From Octopus sinensis (lineage: Eukaryota): a stretch of DNA of 64,000 nucleotides. This document shows positions 48,564 to 60,097 of the stretch, piece by piece. The notes under the pieces are model-generated. The model was not told the DNA's origin, did not search any database, and worked only from the letters and a program-made list of their open reading frames with translations. The DNA is taken from assembly GCF_006345805.1 (NCBI RefSeq), contig NC_043015.1, forward strand, positions 15,562,001-15,626,000, given 5' to 3'. The position numbers and the translations under genes were made by a program. Numbering within the stretch: position 1 is the first letter of the stretch; each line of letters starts with the position of its first letter.

Positions 48564-49502
48564 GTCAAAGTTCTAGACTAAGTATTAAAAACGTTCGAGC
48601 TGTGACCATTCTATTTATTTTCAAACAACTGTGAATTGATGGAGATTTGGCTGTTAGATTAAGCCAGTCGAACGATTGCTTCAATGCTCTTCGATTTACG
48701 CCAGCAAATTGGTTTGTTCTTTTACTTTTTCTTAATTAACAAGCTTCGGTAAAAGGTTCAGACCATAAGTTGAAATGTTAATCACGCACATATTACATTA
48801 CTTGCAGGTAATAGTTCTAACTCTTTCTCCTTATTTTGTCTCCAGTAATTATGAATTATTTTCATTTTATCTAGCATGCTGCATTACAGGAAACGTCGCT
48901 AATATATATATTTTTTAACAAGCTTAACTGGCTAATCGCGACACCAGCACCTGTTCGGACATTCTGGCTCTGCTAATCTATATATCGCTGGCAGGGAGAT
49001 GAATCGCTGCTTCCTCTAGTGGTCGAGTGTGCATCATTGACAAGACTAAACAAGAACAAAATCTCGTGATTTCGTAGTCCCGGCGCTGGAGGTAGTGGGG
49101 GTTAGTCTTCCCATTGGCGATATAAATAAGTGTGCATTTTGCATCAAAAAGCCAATATGAAAGTTTCTCTCATGGTAACTACCGCAATATGGTTTGCTCC
49201 AATAGAACAGACACGCTTAAGTGGGGATAAATATTTCTTTTAACTTTTACTTTCGTTATCTCATGAATGTTGTTTTATTAAGTCAAAAATATGCACACAT
49301 GTAAAATATAAATGATGTGGGTTAATAAAAATATGTGAAAACTCAAATTAATATTAGTGCGGTCTGTCTTGTCTTCATACGCAGTCTATATAATACTGTG
49401 TATTACCAAAAAAGAATTAGCAACTAAAGACCAGCTAAAATGTCACTGGAAGTGCTTGTAGTCCTGGAAAATAGAAAAGGTTTATAATATATCCAGACGT
49501 TA

Positions 49503-49718
49503 AGGCAGCGAGCTGGCAGAATCGGTACCATGCCGGACAAAATGCTAAGCGGCATTTCATCCGTTTTTACGTTCTGAATTCAAATTCCACCGAGGTCGAT
49601 TTTGCGTTTCATCCTTTCGTGGGGTTCGATAGAATAAGTACCATTTGAGCACTGGGCTCGATGTAATCGAGCTTTCCTCAGCTTGAGCTTACTGGCCTTG
49701 TGCCAAAATTTGAAACCA
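49503..49718 (+). mobile_element. family B SINE
   Basis: GGCAGCGAGCTGGCAGAATCG...GAATTCAAATTCC...CCAAAATTTGAAACCA; further copies near 51040-51200 (-) and 51710-51915 (+). Confidence 0.85.
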
Positions 49719-49977
49719 ATATTCCCTGGAGCTCATTAAATGTTTGTTACCCTTGATATATATTTCATAATTACTTCAATGGGGATCTTTAGTGTAGTGT
49801 CCAGTGTACCCCCAAAATAAAATACATTAAACCACTTCACAAAACCACGCTTGGAATCTTCAATCGATCCGGTTTTTGCTAAGGTTCTTAATTTTCATTT
49901 AGTGCACAATATAGGCTTTTCTTTTTTGTTACTATCGTTGTCCCCAATGTATGTATCTATGCAAACATGTATATATG

Positions 49978-50721
49978 TGTAGTGGATCCTGCACGCATGA
50001 AGTGGATTCGATCCACCATAGCCAAATTTAAATTAACACTGCAACAGAACTTTTCCCACGATGGAACAATGGTTTTTCTCTGATAGCAGTTTTACATTTT
50101 CCAGATGCCTTTAGCTAGGCCGAAATAATGTCTTCACCACTTGACTCTTTCTAACCTCTTCTACTTCACCAAAAGCTAGAACAGAGATAACAAGACCACC
50201 AACTAAATCTATTGTTCTCAATGATATGCCTATCCTTCTGGATAGCTATAAAAGCAAGAATATCCCAAGCAAAAATCAGTCAGTCACAGTCGATGACTAC
50301 TCAACGGAGTTAGTCACAGTCAGTGACGACTCAACGAAGTCTGGCTGACCAGCTAGAACCTTGGTTCAGAGGGAGAAATGAAGTTTACTGTCAGCAACTG
50401 TAAGACAACATCCCACACCCTACGACTCTCACTAGCTCTAATTCTGTTCTCTTACATCATACTACATCTCTCTGTAACCACTACTAAACAATGAAGAGAC
50501 CTAAACACCATCTTTACTTCGTATGCTTTTGGATTTATCATAACCTGCCCGTCGAGGCAAGGTATTGTAACGTAACGGTAAATAAATGCTTTCTTAAAAC
50601 GTCACGCATTGTTCATCTTTCACATCTTACAATTTGCTGTCCTAACAACTAATTTTATCGTTACAACTACTGACTCCGACACTTCATAATATTGTGTACT
50701 TAATCAATCTTACCCGTTACA
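49978..50721 (+). mobile_element. Gypsy solo LTR (744 bp)
   Basis: TGTAGT...CGTTACA with a perfect 4-bp TSD TATG (49974-49977, 50722-50725); homologous to 31105-31909. Confidence 0.92.
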
Positions 50722-51424
50722 TATGTAATATACCCGATCTTAACTTCTCTTTCTTGATAGAAAAAACGTAACAGAAAGAGATTATATTCATTATATTAAT
50801 AAATTATGAGTAATTAAAATGATCCAATTAGCAGTAGGATAAGTTTTCATTCTCTATTTTCTGAAAGAAAGAAAAACTTCATCTGTAAGTCCTCACAATC
50901 AAGTTCATTCGCCAAGCTTAAAAATAAGTAGAACATTTTATTTCCTCAAGGCCTGTTACTTGTTTTATATGGTCTGAGTGACCGATATCACATTGTTCCC
51001 CTACGGTACACCAGAAATTTTGTGGAGATAGGACAAGTCCCCAGTCGATAACATCGACTCCAATAGTTCATTGGTACGTTATTTTATAGACCATCAAGGG
51101 ATGACAGGCAAAGTTGACTTCGGTGGGATTTGAACTCAGAACATAAAGAGCCGGAAGAAATGCCGCTAAGTATCTTGTCCGACGCGTTAACGATTCTACC
51201 AGCTCACAATTCTATTGTACTTCTTTTATAGAGATAACTTTGTTTGATTTAAGAAGCAAATGCTAAATAAAATTCCTTCAGCAGAATCAGATAGATAACT
51301 CCTTTATGGAGACAAAACTTCGTACTCAATTAGCAAATTTCTACTTCATATATTTTCAATAATATTTTGAAGGATGTCTTATTCAGTAACTGTTATTTTA
51401 ACTGCTTGTCTTCCCTCTAATTTG

Positions 51425-51660
51425 TGGGATGACGTCAGCAGCTGGGGGGCTGACCGGAAGGGGCAGAAGCGACGCGAGCGCAGGTAGGGCAGGATTTTGC
51501 CTTTCGATCGAGGTCGCCGAGCGAGTAAGACGGGTCAGCACGTTGTTAAGGTAGGGGCGAAGCAGCTGCTATTTCTAGTGTTCGGGTCGGGCTGTGTTGA
51601 AGGATCCATTACCGCTGAAAGGTCTCCGTCTGAGCGAAGAAAAGGTAGGTGCCCTTGTTT
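51425..51660 (+). promoter_or_regulatory. CpG-rich promoter / first-exon-like patch
   Basis: GC and CpG content far above the surroundings, TGACGTCA (CRE) and CCGGAAG (ETS), followed by candidate splice donors CAG|GTAGGG, CGA|GTAAGA and AAG|GTAGGT; no TE similarity recognised. Confidence 0.45.
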
Positions 51661-52819
51661 CGAATCTCACTGTTTAATGCATTTAGAACTCATTATTAGA
51701 AAACATGCAAGGACGGCGAGCGGGCAGAATCTTTAACACTCTGGGCAAAATACTTAACGGCATTTCGTCTTTCTTTACCTTTTTAGTTCAAATTCCGCCG
51801 AGATCAACTTTACCTTTTATCGCTAAAATAAATACCGGTTGAGCACTGTGGTCGAGATATAATCGATTTACGCCTTCCCCTGAAACTACTGGCCTTGTGT
51901 CAAAATTTGAAACCATTATTAGAAAATATGCAATTCATGACAATAAAATAAAATGTCTTTTGGCGTATGCCATTATCTACACTCCTCCACGAACTCACTC
52001 ATCTTAATTTTAAATTAAACTTAAAATTCTTCAAATTTAAGCTTGAATTAAATTAAAGACCGCGAACATTTTGATTATACTCACGAAGGTGTTAGTTGTT
52101 CGACTTATTTTAAAGGGATATTTTTATGAAATATTTCATCTAATTTTCTTGTTACTGGAAAAGCAGGTAAAACATACCATGAAATGGTCCTCCACTTTCC
52201 CTTTCCATCTTCCTTCTCTTTCCCCTCCTCCGCCACACTATCATTTTACGTCCTTTTGCCATGCTGACTTGGGTTGGTCAGTGCAACAGGAGCCAAGTTA
52301 GTTCTTACAGAGTCACTGCCCTCCTAGATGGTTAGGCGGACCAGGTCTTTGCTCTAACATCTCAGTTTTGACATAGTTTCTAATGTTGGATGAACACCAA
52401 CCACTTTACAGGTTGTACTGAGTGTATTTCGCCATGGCACCAACACTAGAGAGGTTGTCACTCCCTCAGCAAGACCAAAGAGTCCTCTCAACTCTGCTCG
52501 ATTTGCTATCCACTATACAAAGTGAACCATGTCAATTTCTGAGGTTGCTCATGAGACTAAACTGACCAAACTGGCTAAGAGGGAGAATAGAAGAGAAGGT
52601 GATGACTTTAAATGAGGTACTATTCAAGAATAACAGGAGGAACAGATTTATTGTTGGGAAAAGATTGTAGCAACAGAATAATGATGGAAGAGATGTGTGG
52701 TTGGTAAAGGAATGAATAATGGTGGGATGAGCAACAGGAAGATGAGGAGGGCAGCAGCTGTAGACTTATCTGACATATATTGAGCAAGAAACAAATATGT
52801 GCGTACATATACTCATATA

Positions 52820-53135
52820 AACTTACATACATACATGTATACATACATACATACATACATGCATACATACATGCATACATACGTACATACATACATACAT
52901 ACATACATACATACATACATACATACATACATACATACATACATACATACATACATACATACATACATACATGTATTCGTATACACGCATACCAACATGC
53001 ATACATATATTCGTACACACACACATATAGGCAAACATATAAATGAAAACATACATACATACACATATACACATACATACATACATACATACATACATAC
53101 ATACATACATACATACATACATACATACATACATA
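52820..53135. repeat. (TACA)n microsatellite array; similar arrays at 10150-10245, 18585-18722, 45428-45640 and 58497-58583
   Basis: Directly visible. Confidence 0.97.
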
Positions 53136-53329
53136 AAAATACACATGTTATGTTTCGAACTGCCGTCACTACTACCATTTTAAACATCTGTTTCGCAATG
53201 CTTATACAGATGTGCACGTCTTCTCTAGCACTGCATGTTGCTTGCCATCTCTTCTGGGAAGCACAATATCATGAAATCAGCGTTTATCACCCCATCCCTC
53301 GTCTACCAAGGTCTCTCTCCTCCAGTTTC

Positions 53330-54330
53330 CTTCAACTTTGAGTGCCTTGCAGAACGAAGAGCAGCACTGACAGGTTATCACCCTGAAAGATATCTATTTG
53401 GTGGTAAACGCTATCAGATTCAATTTGCTGCACATTATTTCTGAGGAGCAAAATGGTGCACCAAGTCTTGGTTAGGCGTTTAATGACAGTTCCTTGTGGT
53501 TCTGGTATTTTGGTTTACTGTAAAGCCTTGATAAGCAATCCTACAGTTAAGTTCCTGTGATTGTTTACTTTTTGTCCTGGATCATTTTGTTAACTAGTAG
53601 CTGCTCTATATAGCACCACAACTCCTTTTTCCCCAGCTTGTTCAAGCATTATACTGTTGTCGATGGTAAAATGATCCGACAAGAACAAATTGAGGCACCC
53701 AGTATATAATTTGTATATGTTAGCGGTAATCTTTAGCAAGTTTGGTTTGGCTATTTTAGAGGATGGAGAGAGTAGTTGCAGTCGATAACAATTTGGGCAG
53801 TTCTTGCTTACCATTGATACTTTTCCCAAACAACCGTATGAAATCTCACTGATAAAAGGTGAAATTCTTCAGCTAGTAGCCTGTTATGAGATCTGAGCCT
53901 GGGGATTTCCTGTCTGACATTTTCCGTAGAACTATTTCACTGTTTTGACGTCAATTTCATAATCCTTTTGCTAGTCATGCTGGTAAGGAGTCCTGCTCCA
54001 CTTCTTTCAGTCATACAGCCTGTTTGTTGAATTCATCACTTGTTTTCTATACACACCTCCAGTAACTCTCAACCCATCTTTTCTGTATGCGTGTGATGTC
54101 TTTTACAGGGATTGAGCTTTTTGCATTATAGCTGCGATAAACTCACTTCGGATTCTTGGGAAATAATTTATTGAGCATTTGCCGTTTATCGACTGTAAAT
54201 TTATATCTTAGTTTTTCAGTTGTAGCTGTGAGTTGTTGTTTCAGCTAGTGCAGTTTCGAGTTTAGGTTTTTGAATCTTGTATCATCTAGGTGTTCTTGAT
54301 ATCGCGTGAAATTGTTTTATATGTTACAAT
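53330..54330 (-). mobile_element. R4/Dong-like LINE, pre-RT and RT N-terminal half
   Basis: EKLRYKF...NKLFPKNPK, RKSPGSDLITGY*LKNF, KITANIYKLYT...EQAG and DIFQGDNLSVLLFVL. Confidence 0.75.
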
Positions 54331-54689
54331 TCATAACTACAACAATTTGTGAGGTACATTTTCGCAGGAGTGAAATTTTTATTTATTAAATCATGTACTC
54401 CTACTGGTTCAGGCTTTCTTCTTGTATTTCGGTTGCATCGCTTCAGCTCTTTGCGACACACAAGCAATATAATAGCTGAAATATTGTTGTGGAAGGATTC
54501 CGACCACCCACCAAGTTACGAAAAAGTGGATTGACACATTGCTATAAAATAAAGAACTGTCAGTGAGCAATGGGTTGGTAAGCAGTTCCCTGTGAGCCGT
54601 TGATTGAGAGCTTTAAGTCTCGTGTTTTGCGACGTGTAAATACTTTCATCCCCCACCCCGCTTGCTTCTTTAAATTATATATCCAACAT

Positions 54690-55082
54690 TACTCTTTACT
54701 TGTTTCAGTCATTTGACTGCGGCCATGCTGGAGCACCGCCTTTAGTCGAGCAAATCGACCCTAGGACTTATTCTTTGGAAGCCTAGTACTTATTCTATTG
54801 GTCTCTTTTGCCGAACCGCTAAGTTACGGGGACGTAAACACACCAACATCGGTTGTCAAGCGATGTTGAGGGGACAAACACAGACACACAAACATATACA
54901 CACATACATACATATATACATACATATATGCGACGGGCTTCTTTCAGTTTCCGCCTACCAAATTCACTCACAAGGCTTTGGTCGGCCCGAGGCTATAATA
55001 GAAGACACTTGCGCAGTGGGGATGAACCCAGAACCATGTGGTTGGTAAGCAAGCTACTTACCACACAACCACTCCTGCGCCT
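54690..55082 (-). mobile_element. family A SINE, full length
   Basis: Reverse complement of 48070-48563. Confidence 0.92.
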
Positions 55083-55818
55083 TTATATATCCATTAGGAT
55101 ATAAAAAAATATATCATAAGGTTAATGGTTTCGTAGGTTGTTTTTATACCTCCAGATTGTGTAGTCTTCCTATATTTGTTTGGTTTTTCGTTTACTGCCT
55201 CTGGTTCTATTTTACTGGGTTCATTACTTATACTGGTGTTGTTTGGCCTGTCATTGAAACTAGGGTTTTGAACCCGTTGAAATATATCGTCCGAGATCAC
55301 TTGTAAGGTGTCCACAAGCATTTAGTGCCCTTCTGTTTGTACAGTATAAATATGGATTTCAGCTAAACCGTTGGTGTTTTGTTTACTACTAGATTTAGCT
55401 GAGCCTGCTGTCCATCTGTCTGCCTGTATGTAAACGTGTCCGCAGTGAACACACAGACATGGCAAATTTTACTATTTCTCCATAGATTGAAAAAAAAGAA
55501 ACACATGGTCAACAGCCTTAATCGATTTTTGAGCCTTATTGGGTTCTCATCCCAGAGAAACAAGTACCCAATCTGTTTCTATACACGACAAATCCAGCAG
55601 CTACAGAGAACTGGAGCTATTAGTATTTTAACTATCTAACACAATTTGATATCAGCAGCCTGATATTATATATATACATACATAAATGATGTTGAAATTC
55701 CAATGAAGGAACTTTGGATCTAGGTTAGAAACCGGTTCTTTCTCTATTGGCAAGAATCTTGAAATAAAACTGACCAATGGCATACATACATACATACATA
55801 CATACATACATACATACA

Positions 55819-55849
<31 letters not shown>

Positions 55850-55919
55850 TCTTCTAATTCATCATCGGTGACTATGACTCACTTCATGAATCAAAATTCT
55901 CCAGATAGAGCGATCATCA

Positions 55920-56240
55920 GCTTCCCGGTATCACTTGTTAGTAGGGGTAATTGATCTTTAAGTTTCCGCCTGACAGCGTCCTTGAATCACAATTTAGGTC
56001 TTCCAGAGTTTCGATAGCCGTCACCTATTTGTGAGAACACGAACCCGAAGGAGATTTCTCTGCATCAATAGATAATGCATGGTTTGAAAGCCACCACTCC
56101 TGACGGCTTTACTTTTGAGATATGTTACCAGCATTTGATGTTTATGATAGTTTTCACATGTTGCATGACAAAGACGCTTATCCTTTTGATTTGTGTTTTG
56201 TAAAGTGTCCATGCTTCTCAGAAAGACGTTCAAATTCAGA
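55920..56240 (-). mobile_element. RTE LINE 3' remnant
   Basis: Minus strand reads SGRPKL*FKDAVRRKLK. Confidence 0.5.
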
Positions 56241-56269
56241 TGAGCTTTATAAATAGGACGAAGGTTAAA

Positions 56270-56438
56270 GGTGCAGGAGTGGCTGTGTGGTAAGTAGCTT
56301 GCTTACCAACCACATGGTTTCGAGTTCAGTCCCGCTGCGTGGCACCTTGAGCAAGTGTCTTCTACTATAGCCTCGGGCCGACCAAAGCCTTGTGAGTGGA
56401 TTTGGTAGACGGAAACTGAAAGAAGCCCGTCGTATATA

Positions 56439-56500
<62 letters not shown>

Positions 56501-56722
56501 CGTGTGTGTGTTTATGTGTCTGTCTTTGTCCCCCCAATATCGCTTGATAACCGATGCTACTGTGTTTACGTCCCCGTAACTTAGCTGTTCGGCAAAAGAG
56601 ACCGATAGAATAAGTACTAGGCTTACAAAGAATAAGTTCTGGGGTCGATTTGCTCGACTAAAGTCGGTGCTCCAGCATGGCCGCACTCAAATGGCTGAAA
56701 CAAGTAAAAGAGTAAAAGAGTA
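56270..56722 (+). mobile_element. family A SINE, full length
   Basis: Same structure as 48070-48563. Confidence 0.92.
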
Positions 56723-56934
56723 AGTCATATAAACTCATGGGGACGGTTTCCACCCTGGATGGGACGCCAATCTGTCGCAGGAAATACTCATTTTTGTTAG
56801 CTGAGTGGACTGGAGCAACGTGAAATAAATGTATTGCGTTCAAGAACGCAATGCATCACCCGATCCAGGAATCGAAACCACAGTCTTATGATCCTGAGTT
56901 CAACACTCTAACTACTAAGTCACGCGCCTCCACA

Positions 56935-57665
56935 AATGTAGCTTTAACCATACGATTTTGGTGCGCATTATCTAGTTTATTGTCACTCGATACAATGCTA
57001 CCATGGTAAGTAAGACGAGTGACGCTATTTAGTATGTTTCCATCTATCAAGATATTGTAAGCCACCATATTTGATTTTGGTGATGGCTGATAAAGAACTT
57101 CATTTGTTTGGTTTTTTTAAAAAATGATTGGTAGGCCGAAGCCACGCGCAAAATCAGTAAACGCAGAGGTTTTTTCTTGCTTGTCTGCATGTGTGCGTGC
57201 TACAAGTAGAGTTTTACCTGCAAAGATTAGTTCACAAATATTATAGAGCTTTGTCAGTAACTTTGATTTTAGCCTGGACAGGTCAAATAGGCGAACAAGA
57301 GATCTTGTTAGTACTGATACACTCTTGTGTATTAAATGCATCCTCTGTAACTTCAGAAGGATACATGCTCAAGAGGCCAATACACACCTCTGCTTAACGC
57401 CGTTTGTAACTTCGAACAGATCAAAGAATTAAATGTTCATACTCACCCTAGCATTGAAAACTCTTAACAAGCTCAACGAATTTATCAGGACACCCATTAT
57501 GACTCAAGGCATGCCATAATCCCTCTGTGTTCACTGAGTAAAATGCTTTCTTAAAATCAATGAAGACAGCATACATTGGCATATTCTGTTCCATGCATTT
57601 CTCTTGAATTCGACAAAGTGTGAAGATCATGCGAATAGTACTTCGTCCAGCTCTGACTCCGAAAA
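56935..57665 (-). mobile_element. RTE/BovB-like RT fragment
   Basis: GRSTIRMIFTLCRIQEKCMEQNMPMYAVFIDFKKAFYSV..GLW..L...GCPDKFV. Confidence 0.85.
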
Positions 57666-57759
57666 TGGTCACAGGAGAAAGGAAGTCAAACTGATGTGAG
57701 CAAAAAGGCAAATGTGTGTGTGTAGATATATACAGACACCGGCAAACAGACATAGACAA

Positions 57760-57840
<81 letters not shown>

Positions 57841-58589
57841 CTGACAGACAGGTAGGCAGACAGGCAGGCAGACAAGCAGGCAGAAAATCAAACAGACAGA
57901 CAGACACAGGAGAGTTGAGTCTAATTTCTTTTTGGCTCTAATTTCATTAATATATATAATTTATATGTTAATGGTTTACAGTTCCTGAAATCATTTAACT
58001 ATCTAGGGGCAGGTATTGAGCGTATAGAATTCTACTTCCTAACTCCCACCATCCTCCACATCTCTTAAAGACCTACATAATATGCACCCCCTCAACCCCA
58101 TCATTAGGAAATCTGTTATAATGTTGTCTGTTCACAGCCTCCTTGTGGAAGCCAACAGGGTGCGATTTGGTTTTAATTTTTATTACATCGACGCTTTTGA
58201 GTCTCCATAGAACACCAGTACGTACGTATGTGTGTGTGTATGTATGTATGTATGTATGTATGTATGTATGTATGTATGTATGTATGTATGTATGTATGTA
58301 TACTCACACACACGGTGTGCGTGCAAACATAGACGTACACGCGCACACACTTGTATATCCTTTCAAAATGAAAAGGAATCTCTTTTGTCGGCGTTTATAG
58401 ATATTCATTGATATCACTACTACAGGTTTTATAACTGAATCATCAGATATTCGTGGTTCTGTCGATGGACGTGGAAGTGATAGAAAGCAGCCGGAGTAGT
58501 ATGTATGTATGTATGTATGTATGTATGTATGTATGTATGTATGTATGTATGTATGTATGTATGTATGTATGTATGTATGTACGTACAGT

Positions 58590-59520
58590 CAGACCAAACG
58601 GCTGTTGAAGAGTAGCATCCTGTTATTCAGACAGCAGCTACTCAGCAGTAATGAAAGAAATGAGTGCCTCACTTAACAGCGAAAATAACACCATCAGAGA
58701 AGGGTAATGAACTCATGAATATGTACGCCGAATGTATAGCAGTTCTACGTAAGCCAAGATAGTTGGATTAACCTACTTAAACAGAAGTAGGACATTCCAA
58801 CTAGTAGAAGAACAGAAACTTGGATGAGAAACATCGTATTAGCTGAAACTTTTGCGGCAAACTTAGCATTGACGAAAGAGTACTAAATACTAAATCAGTA
58901 AGAAAGGTAAGGATGCCGCTAAGCCTCCTCGATGGGAAAGAAAGTGATGATGATAATATACCAGCGTAGAAAATGTCGCCTACATAATCATCAATTATTC
59001 AAAACTATCCGCAAATTACTACATTTCTATAAGACGTATTGTGAATGGCATTTACAATGCTATCTGCAGGTAGGATAATCTTGACCGCCAGAACCAGTAT
59101 GTATCCACGCCTGTCAAGATAAAGCATACCGGTGGAACATTCTAATATAAACAGTAACCTGATGCAAATATAAGAAGCCTGGTATTATTCCATGGGACCG
59201 GGAACAACAGTCATGCATCATTATTGAAGTCAGCTGCTTAGCGAATATAAATACTTCATCTAAAACTAAATATAAGAGAACGTCTATGCTAACTTAATGA
59301 GAAATTTATAGGCTTTGTACCGGTGCTGAAGATTTTCTGTGTATCTATTACCATAAGTGCACTGGGTTACGTAAAACAGATTTGCATCGAAACGCCGGAG
59401 TAATCCAAGAAAAAGATAAAGTAAACTGACTCGCGTCCTCTGATTACATTTTATTAGAGGTACAATGAAGATATGTAAAAGATTCAAAGAGTCATCCATT
59501 TGTGTTTCGTGGAATGAAAA
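58590..59520 (+). mobile_element. decayed R4/Dong-like LINE C-terminus with restriction-like endonuclease
   Basis: KKPGII.WDREQQSCIIIEVSC...ENVYANLMRNL, read across frameshifts. Confidence 0.65.
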
Positions 59521-60097
59521 CATGTATACACGTGCATGTGCAAATCATATAATGTCCATGCAATTTTTCTCTAAAAATAATGTGTTGTGAGATCCTGGTT
59601 GAGATTTGAACCATAGTTCTCAGATTTTCCCGATCTAGAACCACGAACTAATATACTTCCATAACAAGAAAAGTATCATAAAAGGTATTTGCAATCAGCA
59701 CTGGCTGTTTTGTTATGGCAGAAGCGGCAAAGCTTCGAAAGAAGTAAGCAAATTTTCTCTAGAAAACAGGTATAAAAAGACTGGCAAATTCAACCTCAAG
59801 CCAGGGCGCTGCTAAGCCACCAGCGGGAATCTATGTCGCTTGTTACAATGAGTTGTTTTCTCTTACCTCTTTCACATTTAAGTAACTTGTTTATATCACA
59901 ATCGGCGAAAGGTACTAATTTTTCCTAATAAGTGTTTAGTAACACATTAATGATATGCAGTGATTAATTTCCTTGCACTACTTTATACATTATCCAATTA
60001 GTCATATAGAGAAGATTCGTAACCGTTAGGTTCGTTGAACGTTGTTTCATTAATTTATTTAATGTACATTTGTAAATATAACAGGTTTCATTAAATA

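Noticed and set aside
51599-51615. GAAGGATCCATTAC, resembling the 18S rRNA 3' end
   Set aside because: The match is short and imperfect, and there is no upstream 18S sequence.
55094-55321. 75-aa ORF with a possible GAG|GTATAA donor, as a host exon
   Set aside because: No recognisable homology, an in-frame stop immediately before the ATG, and no supporting neighbouring exons.
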